From NCBI RefSeq assembly GCF_000008465.1, contig NC_006512.1, forward strand, positions 2,580,001 to 2,612,000: DNA of 32,000 nt, read 5' to 3'. The notes beneath the pieces were generated by a model. The model was given only the letters and a program-made list of their open reading frames with translations. It was not told the DNA's origin and did no database searches. The position numbers were made by a program, and so were the translations under genes. Origin of the DNA: Idiomarina loihiensis L2TR (GTDB taxonomy: Bacteria > Pseudomonadota > Gammaproteobacteria > Enterobacterales > Alteromonadaceae). Below, piece after piece: positions 1 to 7,854 of this stretch; position 1 is the stretch's first letter; each line of letters opens with the position of its first letter.

Positions 1-1
1 T

Positions 2-637
2 ATAGCGTCGAGATACCGCTATAACCCCGACGTTAAAAGCTTGCCAGCCATGGTGCCTGCTGTCATTCCACTGTTGTTAATGCTTTTCCCATCGATATTG
101 ACGTCACTGTCGGTAGTGAGAGAGAAAGAACTGGGCTCTATTACGAACTTTTATGTTACCCCAACTCGCAAAAGTGAGTTTTTTATTGGTAAGCAACTCC
201 CCTATGTCGTTCTCGCAATGGCGAACTTCTTAATATTGGTTGCTCAGGCGTTGTTTATTTTTAACGTAGAACTCACCGGAAGTTTTCTGGCCTTCTCACT
301 CGCGACCTTTCTCTATGTTCTGTGTGCAACCGCACTTGGACTTATTATGTCAGCTTTTCTTAACAGTCAAATTGCCGCGCTTTTTGGTACTGCACTTGCC
401 ACCATCCTGCCTGCATCGCAGTTCTCAGGAATGATCACACCGGTTACTTCGCTGGAAGGTTTTGCTAAGGTTATCGGCGAAATTTATCCGACAACTTACT
501 ATATGATTGTCAGCCGAGGCGTGTTTTCGAAAGCTCTGTCGTTTAATGAGCTGCAGGTCATGTTAGTCGGGCTCAGCATCGCAGCCATTCTCTTCATTGC
601 CATTGGTATTAGCTTAGTCAGGAAACAGGAGCAATAA
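2..637 (+). CDS. ABC-2 type transporter permease, YbhS-like (5' end lies outside the window)
   Basis: The frame is open from base 2 (..RYRYNPDVKSLPAMVPAVIPLLLM..), so the Met at 41 in the ORF track is internal. The product is a multi-TM hydrophobic C-terminal half typical of ABC-2 permeases. The TAA stop (635-637) directly abuts the ATG of a paralogous permease, as in ybhS-ybhR pairs. Confidence 0.75.
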   Translation: MASRYRYNPDVKSLPAMVPAVIPLLLMLFPSILTSLSVVREKELGSITNFYVTPTRKSEFFIGKQLPYVVLAMANFLILVAQALFIFNVELTGSFLAFSLATFLYVLCATALGLIMSAFLNSQIAALFGTALATILPASQFSGMITPVTSLEGFAKVIGEIYPTTYYMIVSRGVFSKALSFNELQVMLVGLSIAAILFIAIGISLVRKQEQ

Positions 638-1753
638 ATGCGATCAGTTAAAAATATTGCTCATTTAGGTGTGAAAGAGCTCATTAGCTTGTCGCGTGAC
701 CCTATGTTACTGCTGTTTATTATGCTGGCTTTTACCGTATTTATTTATACCGCGGCATCCGCCACGCCACAAACTTTGTACAAAACACCAATAGCCGTTA
801 TCGACAATGACCGTTCCCAGCTTTCTAACCAACTGATCAACAGTTTCTTAATGCCTTATTTTTTGCCTCCGGAAGCGGTTTCAGCTCAAGAAGCAGATGA
901 GCTTATGGACGAGGGGCGCTACACCTTTATTATTGATATTCCTGAAGGGCTGCAGCGTGATTTGCTAAGCGGTGAGCAGCCTCAGCTACAGCTCATTGTT
1001 GACGCCACTCGAATGAGTCAAGCCTTTACTGGTAACGGTTACATTCAATCTATTATTAATCGCGAAGTCAGCTCCTTCACGCAGTCCGACACTCAGTTAC
1101 CTGTCGATATAGCCGTAAGGGCGCAGTTTAACCCAGAGCTTGATAGCGGATGGTTCAGTGCCATTATGGAATTGATTAACCAAATTACCATGTTGTCGAT
1201 TATTTTAACCGGTGCAGCCCTGATAAAAGAACGGGAACACGGCACCATTGAACACCTTATGGTAATGCCGGTCAGCCCTTTTCAAATTATGGTCAGCAAG
1301 GTTTGGGCTATGGCCTTAGTGGTATTAGTTGCCTCTGCGTTCTCACTCACTGTGATAATTAAACAGGCGCTTGCTATACCTACCAGCGGTTCCTTAACAC
1401 TGTTTTTATTCGGTACCGCTCTGCACCTTTTTGCCACCACGTCTATTGGCATTTTCTTAGGAACCTATGCCCGCTCTATGCCTCAGTTCGGGTTACTGTT
1501 TTTGCTCATTATTATGCCAATGCAGATACTCTCCGGCGGCATGACACCTTTTGATAGTATGCCGGCTGCAGTTCAGGCTGTGATGTACTTTGCTCCTACC
1601 TCTCACTTTACCGAATTTGGTCAAAGCATCTTATTCCGTGGTGCAGGGTTAGGCATTGTTTGGCCACAGCTACTTGCACTAAGCGGTATTGGAGCCTTAT
1701 TCTTTTGGGTTTCCTGGCGCCACTTTCATGAGCGATTAGCGGATATGGTGTGA
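638..1753 (+). CDS. ABC-2 type transporter permease, YbhR-like
   Basis: 371 aa with one N-terminal TM, a ~140-aa soluble loop and a C-terminal cluster of about 5 TM helices (ABC-2 membrane domain layout). The ATG is immediately adjacent to the upstream stop, suggesting translational coupling. Confidence 0.75.
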   Translation: MRSVKNIAHLGVKELISLSRDPMLLLFIMLAFTVFIYTAASATPQTLYKTPIAVIDNDRSQLSNQLINSFLMPYFLPPEAVSAQEADELMDEGRYTFIIDIPEGLQRDLLSGEQPQLQLIVDATRMSQAFTGNGYIQSIINREVSSFTQSDTQLPVDIAVRAQFNPELDSGWFSAIMELINQITMLSIILTGAALIKEREHGTIEHLMVMPVSPFQIMVSKVWAMALVVLVASAFSLTVIIKQALAIPTSGSLTLFLFGTALHLFATTSIGIFLGTYARSMPQFGLLFLLIIMPMQILSGGMTPFDSMPAAVQAVMYFAPTSHFTEFGQSILFRGAGLGIVWPQLLALSGIGALFFWVSWRHFHERLADMV

Positions 1754-2632
1754 ACTATTTTTTAAGTCATAACAATGACAAATAGCCTGCCAAGCGTCTT
1801 CTGCACTATCCACAATCTGGAACAAATCTAAGTCGTATTCTGCAATAGTGCCTTCTTCTACCAGCAAATCGAAATCGATTGCCCGACGCCAAAATTCAGA
1901 GCCCACCAAAACAATAGGAACTGGCTCAGACTTTTTGGTTTGTACCAAGGTTAAAGTTTCGAATAACTCGTCCAGTGTTCCAAAGCCGCCGGGAAAAGCA
2001 ACCAACGCACGGGCTCGTTGCAGAAAGTGCATTTTGCGAATGGCAAAATAATGAAATTGGAAGCAATATTCCGGGGTTATGTATGGGTTTGGGCGTTGCT
2101 CATGAGGCAGTACAATATTCAGTCCAATACTTTCACCTCCGGCTTCCATCGCTCCCCGATTCGCAGCTTCCATGATGCCGGGGCCACCGCCACTGACAAT
2201 CATCAGGTTTTCATCGTTGTGACGGAGATTGTGTTCGGTCGCTATACGGGCAAACTCCATTGCCTGCTGATAATAAGCGCTATTTTTTAATGCCCGCTGA
2301 GCACGCTTTAAGTTACCCTTTAAGCTGTCGTTTCCCGGTTCTTCTGCTAATGCCTGCTCGGCCATGCGAGCATCATGTTGCGCCTGTTCAGGGGATAAGA
2401 ATCGAGCACTACCGAAGACAACAATGGTTGCGTCTATCTGATGCTTTTCCAGAGTTAACTGAGGCTTTAAATATTCCAGTTGCAAACGTACCGCACGCAA
2501 ATCGTCCTGAAGTAAAAAATCATGATCGGCAAATGCCAGCTTATACGAACTTTGTCCTTCTATTTTTGCGATAGATTCTTCAGACTGCTTTGCTGAAATT
2601 AAGCGGCGTCGATGTAATTCATTTTCTGTCAT
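1736..2632 (-). CDS. LOG-family (TIGR00730-type) nucleotide phosphoribohydrolase / 'lysine decarboxylase-like' protein
   Basis: 298 aa carrying the family signature PGGFGTLDELFE together with the GGGPGIMEAANRGA motif. It overlaps the end of the ABC-2 permease gene by 18 nt in convergent orientation. Confidence 0.8.
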   Translation of the reverse strand: MTENELHRRRLISAKQSEESIAKIEGQSSYKLAFADHDFLLQDDLRAVRLQLEYLKPQLTLEKHQIDATIVVFGSARFLSPEQAQHDARMAEQALAEEPGNDSLKGNLKRAQRALKNSAYYQQAMEFARIATEHNLRHNDENLMIVSGGGPGIMEAANRGAMEAGGESIGLNIVLPHEQRPNPYITPEYCFQFHYFAIRKMHFLQRARALVAFPGGFGTLDELFETLTLVQTKKSEPVPIVLVGSEFWRRAIDFDLLVEEGTIAEYDLDLFQIVDSAEDAWQAICHCYDLKNSSHHIR

Positions 2633-2709
2633 GGGAAGTCCGTATACATGAATTTAATGGCAATCAATAGCGGCTAGTTTATCTTAAATACAAGGCAAAG
2701 CCTTTTGAA

Positions 2710-3174
2710 TTATTCTTTCTCCAGCCGCATAGCAACCATACCGCTATTCTCTCCGGCTTCGTGGAAGCCAAGGCTTTTATAGAGTGACCGCGCCGGCGTA
2801 TTTTCGGGGTATACATTCAACGTAATAAACCGCGTTTGCTGCTGCGCCCAGGCATTTCCCAGTAAGGCTTTTACAAACAACCGGCCCAGTCCTTTGCCTC
2901 TAACTTTCGGGTTAACAATAAGGCAGGCTATGTGAATACCGTTCTCGACTTTTTCATAAGCCTGGGCAAAACCAACCAGCTCTTCATTCTGGTAAAACCC
3001 AAAAGTCCCGCGTTCGTTACCTTTAATCTGTTGCCAGATGGCCTCAGCCGGACTGCCATACCGAACTTTATCGCCAAACCACAGCCGGAACTCGGCGGCA
3101 TTCTCAGGCCAGGTCAGCGCCTCTTTTAACTCGTTGATTTCAGCTTTCTTTAACATCGCTCTTTGTTTTAACAA
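2710..3174 (-). CDS. GNAT family N-acetyltransferase
   Basis: 154 aa with an acetyl-CoA binding motif R-x-x-G-x-G (VRGKGLGRLF) and a C-terminal YKSLGF segment typical of GNAT folds. Confidence 0.75.
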   Translation of the reverse strand: MLKQRAMLKKAEINELKEALTWPENAAEFRLWFGDKVRYGSPAEAIWQQIKGNERGTFGFYQNEELVGFAQAYEKVENGIHIACLIVNPKVRGKGLGRLFVKALLGNAWAQQQTRFITLNVYPENTPARSLYKSLGFHEAGENSGMVAMRLEKE

Positions 3175-3289
3175 TGGGTTTCCAACTTAAATTAGCACAG
3201 AAGAAAACCTAACGTCGCGTTAGTTCGCTAACTAAGGTAATGTAAGGCAAATAAAAAATGACCTCCTAAAAGATGCAACTAACGGCGCC

Positions 3290-4468
3290 ATGCTAAGCAA
3301 TACCAAACTGCACCAGCAACTCGCTTTACCCTTGATTATTCTCTCTCAATTACTGGGCACGTCCTTGTGGTTCAGCATTAACGGTGTCTGGCTTCCTTTA
3401 TCGGCAGAGCATCACCTTAACGAAGCAGACTTAGGCGCTTATACCCTGGCTGTGCAGCTGGGCTTTATTATCGGAACTCTAACGCTGGCGTTAACCGGTT
3501 TTGCTGATCGTTACCGAGCCAGTCAGATATTTTTACTCTCGAGCATTGCCGGTGCCCTGGTTAATGCCCTATTTATTGTTGCAATTGATCACTCAACTCT
3601 CGGCTGGCTATTACGTTTCTTAACCGGACTTTGCCTGGCAGGAATTTACCCAATGGGAATGAAACTGGTGATATCCTGGGTTCCACGCTACGCTGGCAGT
3701 GCCCTTTCCTGGTTATTAGCCATGCTAACGCTCGGAACAGCGCTACCACATCTTATGCGTGGCATTACTCTGGACTTTTCCTGGGAAATTCCTCTTTTAA
3801 CTTCGTCAATACTGGCATTGCTTGGCGGTTTATTAGTGGGCTGGCTTGGTAGTGGGCCTCATTTACCTAGCGTAGCGACACCCCAAACGTTACGTTCCGG
3901 ATTACGCGCATTAACCCAACCTAAGTTTCGTGCCATAGCAATAGGCTACTTTGGTCATGCCTGGGAACTCTACGCCTTTTGGATGCTGACACCATTGTTG
4001 GTATTGCACCCATTAGCGACTCTCAACGTGCCGTTAGGCACAGTGCCATGGCTGGCCTTTAGCATTATTGCTATTGGTAGCCTGGGCTGCATTGGCGGCG
4101 GTATCATGAGTAAAAAAATAGGCGGTTTACGCGTTGCCCGACTGGCTTTATTCAGTTCCGGTGCTATTTGCTTACTATACCCTTTAATGACAGAGCTTCC
4201 GGCAGGGTTTATTTTCGCTTTATTACTACTGTGGGGACTGACTGTTATCGCCGACTCCCCACAATTTTCGGCACTAGCCGCCCAGTTTGCGCCAAAGGAG
4301 AATATTGGTTCGGCACTGGCTATAATGAATGCCATTGGCTTTTCTTTAACACTACCGGCAATATGGCTAACCAGCAATTTGTGGTCTATACATAATGAAT
4401 GGGTAACCTGGCTTTTACTGCCCGGCCCCGTTATTGGTTTATGGGCAATGCGTAAATTATCAGCATAG
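3290..4468 (+). CDS. MFS transporter
   Basis: 392 aa with about 12 predicted hydrophobic helices in a 6+6 arrangement separated by a short basic loop. The substrate is not identifiable from sequence. Confidence 0.7.
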   Translation: MLSNTKLHQQLALPLIILSQLLGTSLWFSINGVWLPLSAEHHLNEADLGAYTLAVQLGFIIGTLTLALTGFADRYRASQIFLLSSIAGALVNALFIVAIDHSTLGWLLRFLTGLCLAGIYPMGMKLVISWVPRYAGSALSWLLAMLTLGTALPHLMRGITLDFSWEIPLLTSSILALLGGLLVGWLGSGPHLPSVATPQTLRSGLRALTQPKFRAIAIGYFGHAWELYAFWMLTPLLVLHPLATLNVPLGTVPWLAFSIIAIGSLGCIGGGIMSKKIGGLRVARLALFSSGAICLLYPLMTELPAGFIFALLLLWGLTVIADSPQFSALAAQFAPKENIGSALAIMNAIGFSLTLPAIWLTSNLWSIHNEWVTWLLLPGPVIGLWAMRKLSA

Positions 4469-4477
4469 AGAAAAAGC

Positions 4478-4585
4478 ATGACGACAGAACGGAAAGACCA
4501 GCGTATCTACAAACACGGCATTTTCACCATTGTCGGGGTAATTGCTGCTTTAGCTCTTATTTTTCTTATTGCCAGGTTTGGCTAA
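4478..4585 (+). CDS. Possible 35-aa single-pass membrane peptide (MTTERKDQRIYKHGIFTIVGVIAALALIFLIARFG)
   Basis: Not in the ORF track because it is under 60 aa. The ATG lies 9 nt after the MFS stop. The peptide has a charged N-terminus, one 20-residue hydrophobic helix and a basic C-terminus. The SD is weak (GAGA). Confidence 0.3.
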   Translation: MTTERKDQRIYKHGIFTIVGVIAALALIFLIARFG

Positions 4586-4603
4586 GTGAGTACTCGCTAC
4601 CCC

Positions 4604-5026
4604 TCACTCACCCTGCAATGTCAAAACTAAAGTACGGGCGCCACCATGATCTCTATGTTCACATAGGTATATACCTTGCCATGTTCCCATATTCAGACCA
4701 CCTTCGGTAACCGGAACCGTCACGCTACTTCCCAGAATACTGGACTTTAAATGCGCGGGCATGTCGTCAGAACCTTCAAATGTATGCCGGTAATAGGGCG
4801 CATTCTCCGGTATCATTTCATTAAAGTGGCTTTCAAAATCCTGCCGCACTGTTGGATCAGCGTTTTCGTTGATGGTCAGGGACGCTGATGTGTGCTTTAT
4901 AAATACGTGTAATAGCCCCACTTTAACCACGCCGAGTTGCGATAAAGCTTGCTCAACTTCATGAGTAATAAGGTGAAACCCTCGTGTTTTGGGCTTTAAC
5001 TGAACTTCGGTCTGTTTAGTAAGCAT
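4604..5026 (-). CDS. yjbQ: YjbQ/UPF0047 family protein (secondary thiamine-phosphate synthase-like)
   Basis: Family-typical sequence (KTRGFHLITHEV.., HTSASLTINENADP, DDMPAHLKSS, WQGIYLCEHRD). Starting at the second Met (5026) gives 140 aa, the usual family length. The ORF-track start at 5062 is the alternative. Confidence 0.8.
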   Translation of the reverse strand: MLTKQTEVQLKPKTRGFHLITHEVEQALSQLGVVKVGLLHVFIKHTSASLTINENADPTVRQDFESHFNEMIPENAPYYRHTFEGSDDMPAHLKSSILGSSVTVPVTEGGLNMGTWQGIYLCEHRDHGGARTLVLTLQGE

Positions 5027-5112
5027 ATGTAAACCTATTTGCCGCTTATGAAAGCTTGCCATATGCTGACAGCATACAGAAAATAAAAGTATAACTTAAA
5101 GGAAGAATAACC

Positions 5113-5547
5113 ATGCGATACTTAATTATAGTTTTTACCTTGCTATTCAGCAGCGCGGCTTTAGCGCAAGAGAGCGTAGAAGAGGCTACAACGAAAGCTG
5201 TCGAGGGCTTTCTTTATGGCGCCAGCATTAACGACCCTCAAGCTCACGACCGTTTCTGGGCAGATGAGTTAACTTATACCAGCTCCAGCGGTAATCGCTT
5301 CGATAAAGAGCACCTTATGTCCGGCGTGAAAAGCTCAAAAACCAAAGAACCGGAAAACGTCGAAGTTTGGTACGGTGCCGAAGATATCGAAGTAAAACAA
5401 TTCGGTGACACGGTGGTTTTTAATTTCACACTAACCGCCGAAGAAGAAGGAAAAGTGACAAAATACTATTACAATACCGGCGTTCTCATTGAGCTGGATG
5501 GTCGCTGGCAGGCAGTTAACTGGAACGCGACTGAAGTCCCTGAATAA
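5113..5547 (+). CDS. Secreted NTF2-like (DUF4440/SnoaL-like) protein
   Basis: 144 aa with a cleavable signal peptide (..SSAALA/QE). Its size and alternating beta-rich pattern fit an NTF2-like fold. The family call comes from memory only. Confidence 0.45.
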   Translation: MRYLIIVFTLLFSSAALAQESVEEATTKAVEGFLYGASINDPQAHDRFWADELTYTSSSGNRFDKEHLMSGVKSSKTKEPENVEVWYGAEDIEVKQFGDTVVFNFTLTAEEEGKVTKYYYNTGVLIELDGRWQAVNWNATEVPE

Positions 5548-5573
5548 AACCGACATAAACGCCGGGGGTAAAA

Positions 5574-5852
5574 ATGGCAAGAGCACACGCATTACATATT
5601 TTAGTCGAGACTAAAGATGAAGCCGAAAAACTAAAAGAGCAACTGACCAAAGGTGCTAAGTTTGCCGAGCTTGCACGTAAGCATTCACTTTGCCCCTCGG
5701 GCAAAAAAGGTGGTGACTTAGGCGAGTTTAGCCGCGGACAAATGGTTCCTGCTTTTGACAAAGTAGTGTTCGGCAAGCCCACTCTTGAAGTGCATGGCCC
5801 GGTCAAAACCCAATTTGGCTGGCACTTAATTAAGACGTTGTCTCGCAGCTAG
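5574..5852 (+). CDS. ppiC: Peptidyl-prolyl cis-trans isomerase C (parvulin)
   Basis: 92 aa, close to collinear with E. coli PpiC (ALHILV.., [19 protein letters not shown]). Confidence 0.92.
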   Translation: MARAHALHILVETKDEAEKLKEQLTKGAKFAELARKHSLCPSGKKGGDLGEFSRGQMVPAFDKVVFGKPTLEVHGPVKTQFGWHLIKTLSRS

Positions 5853-5873
5853 CTAGCCGGGGCGGTGCCGGAC

Positions 5874-6344
5874 TTAATTATTTTGTTCCGGCTCAACGCC
5901 TTTCTCGTTTTCAGATTTTACATAAATAGCAATGCCTTCTCCGGTTTTATCAGTCAACCCAAAAGCCTTACCCACACTCACTCCTAAGCCCAAGTTACCA
6001 GAGTATTTCCCGGCACCGGTGCCGACATAAACAGAGTTACCTTCTTTTTCACCCGTTTTTTGAAGCAAAATTCCATTCGCCCCAACTTTTGCCGCTTCCT
6101 GTTTCAGGCGCTTTAATACAGCATCCATTTTCGCCTGCTCACCAAAGCTCCATGAGGAGTCGCTGGTTGCTTCAATTAAGGCAATTTCCTCATAGTTATC
6201 TGGCTTTTCTAAATAGACTTTTACCTGCTCAACCGGAATTTCCGGACGGGCATCACCAATAAGCACGGAAGAAGACGGTGACGCACAGCCCGCCATTAAC
6301 AACGCCAGACCAAAAACTAAACCATAAGAAATGTTGTGTTTCAT
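5874..6344 (-). CDS. Lipoprotein of unknown function
   Basis: Starting at the internal Met (6344) gives MKHNISYGLVFGLALLMAG/C, a signal peptide with a canonical lipobox. The 24 codons upstream in the ORF track have no signal-peptide character. Confidence 0.6.
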   Translation of the reverse strand: MKHNISYGLVFGLALLMAGCASPSSSVLIGDARPEIPVEQVKVYLEKPDNYEEIALIEATSDSSWSFGEQAKMDAVLKRLKQEAAKVGANGILLQKTGEKEGNSVYVGTGAGKYSGNLGLGVSVGKAFGLTDKTGEGIAIYVKSENEKGVEPEQNN

Positions 6345-6487
6345 AATACGACTCTCGTTTTTAATTCCATCCTTAATCAATAGCACAGAAGTGGAGATTT
6401 CACTCAACTCTTTCAATATCTTTAAGGAGCCGTAGAATGCAGTTGGAATAAACGCTGTTCATGCTTTATTAAAAGAGGAGCTTTCAA

Positions 6488-6631
6488 TTGGCGCACCAAA
6501 AACCGCACCTGCCCAGTAAGCTATGTTCTGTTTGCCAGCGTCCGTTTATTTGGCGTAAAAAATGGAAGGACTGCTGGGGTGACGTTAAATACTGCTCTGA
6601 GCGCTGTCGAAGACAAGGTCGTCAAAACTAG
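6488..6631 (+). CDS. DUF2256 domain-containing small zinc-ribbon-like protein (47 aa, TTG start)
   Basis: My own translation gives (L/M)[46 protein letters not shown]. This is the DUF2256 signature (LPSK.C..C.RPF.WRKKW...W..[9 protein letters not shown]). A strong SD, AAGAGGAG (6473-6480), lies 7 nt before the TTG at 6488. The ORF is absent from the track. Confidence 0.75.
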   Translation: [47 protein letters not shown]

Positions 6632-6891
6632 CCACACCTGATGATACCGAGGGTCATCAGCGCCAATAGTCGGGTGGTATTTTCGCCAATATTTCATAAA
6701 ATTCTTTAGCCGCTTTTCTTCTATGCTAGCGTGGTTTTGTAAAGATTGGAATGTGTATACTGAACCTACGAACATAAAATTACGTACTAAATCGCACAGG
6801 AGAAAACCTGCTTAAAACAGTGGACAATGGTTTTGCTTAAGCGTAACCATGTCCATATTCCTATTTACACCAGCCGGGTCTTATATTTTCA

Positions 6892-7791
6892 ATGAATAAA
6901 GCCGCGTTCGCCGATCTTGCCGAATACATGGATTTGCTATTAGATGCGATTTGCGTTGTTAATAAGCAGCACCAGTTCAGTTATTTGAGCCCGGGTGCAG
7001 CCCGTGTTTTTGGCTATACCCCTGAAGAAATGATTGGTCGTTCAATGTTTGACTTTATGCACCCCGATGACCATCAGGCAACCATGGCTATCGCTCAACA
7101 AGTCAACTCAGGTAACGAGGTTGTTCAGTTCGAGAACCGATACATACGTAAAGACGGCTCAATAGTGCATTTGCTATGGTCCGCGCGCTGGTCTGAACGA
7201 GACCAGATGCGGGTTGGCGTTGCCCGGGATGTATCTGAGCAAAAGCAACTTGAAGCAGAACGTGAAGCTTTAATAGCGCGCTTAGAGCATATGGCACTGA
7301 CCGATCCATTAACCCAGCTCCCCAACCGCGCACTATTTTATGACCGGGTTCGTACATCACAAACACGAGCAGAACGCGATGGCGGCGGCCTGGGTCTGTT
7401 GTATTTAGATCTCGATAAATTCAAAGTTATCAATGACGCCTATGGGCACGCAACCGGAGACCAGTTACTGAAGGGAGTTGCTGAACGGATTGCAGCTTCA
7501 GTTCGTGCAACCGACACGGTAGCGCGCTTAGGTGGCGATGAGTTTGTGGTACTTATTGATGCGGTTCCGACAACAGATGAAGGAGTCGATATAGTGCGAA
7601 CCGTTGCTGAGAAAATTCGTCAGGCAATGCAGGCACCATTAATACTGCCGCATGGAGAAGAGGTTGTTACCGCCAGTATAGGAATGGCTCTGTGGCCTAA
7701 ACACGGAGACACCGTAGACGCTCTAATAAACCGGGCAGATCAAGCTATGTATCAGGCCAAGCGCGGCGGTGGGAATCGACTAAGTGAATAG
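6892..7791 (+). CDS. PAS-domain diguanylate cyclase (GGDEF)
   Basis: 299 aa with an N-terminal PAS domain (..SYLSPGAARVFGYTPEEMIGRSMFDFMHPDD..). The GGDEF domain has an intact active site (RLGGDEFVV) and an RxxD I-site (RATD) 5 residues upstream. Confidence 0.9.
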   Translation: MNKAAFADLAEYMDLLLDAICVVNKQHQFSYLSPGAARVFGYTPEEMIGRSMFDFMHPDDHQATMAIAQQVNSGNEVVQFENRYIRKDGSIVHLLWSARWSERDQMRVGVARDVSEQKQLEAEREALIARLEHMALTDPLTQLPNRALFYDRVRTSQTRAERDGGGLGLLYLDLDKFKVINDAYGHATGDQLLKGVAERIAASVRATDTVARLGGDEFVVLIDAVPTTDEGVDIVRTVAEKIRQAMQAPLILPHGEEVVTASIGMALWPKHGDTVDALINRADQAMYQAKRGGGNRLSE

Positions 7792-7801
7792 CCAATGAAA
7801 G

Positions 7802-7843
7802 CAGCGCATCACCGCAGAGTTAGTGCGGTGATGCGCTGTATTT
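7802..7843. terminator. Bidirectional intrinsic terminator between convergent genes
   Basis: Perfect 15-bp stem CAGCGCATCACCGCA (7802-7816) / TGCGGTGATGCGCTG (7824-7838) with a 7-nt loop, followed by TATTT on the + strand. Confidence 0.8.
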
Positions 7844-7854
7844 AGGGAAAAGAT

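Noticed and set aside
3211-3234. Overlapping mutually exclusive mini-hairpins CTAACG-tcg-CGTTAG and GTTAG-ttcg-CTAAC in the GNAT/MFS divergent region
   Set aside because: The stems are only 5-6 bp. The pattern could be a triple CTAAC/GTTAG operator, but it is too short to distinguish from chance without comparative data.
3970-4479. 169-aa minus-strand ORF
   Set aside because: It is antisense within the MFS transporter gene, whose 12-helix hydrophobicity pattern is coherent. It has no independent support.
5516-5806. 96-aa minus-strand ORF
   Set aside because: It is antisense to ppiC, a near-perfect orthologue match on the plus strand, so it is a shadow ORF.
6521-6775. 84-aa minus-strand ORF from the track
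   Set aside because: It runs antisense across the strongly supported DUF2256 gene (6488-6631, plus strand). It has no recognisable motif or convincing RBS, so it is most likely a shadow ORF.
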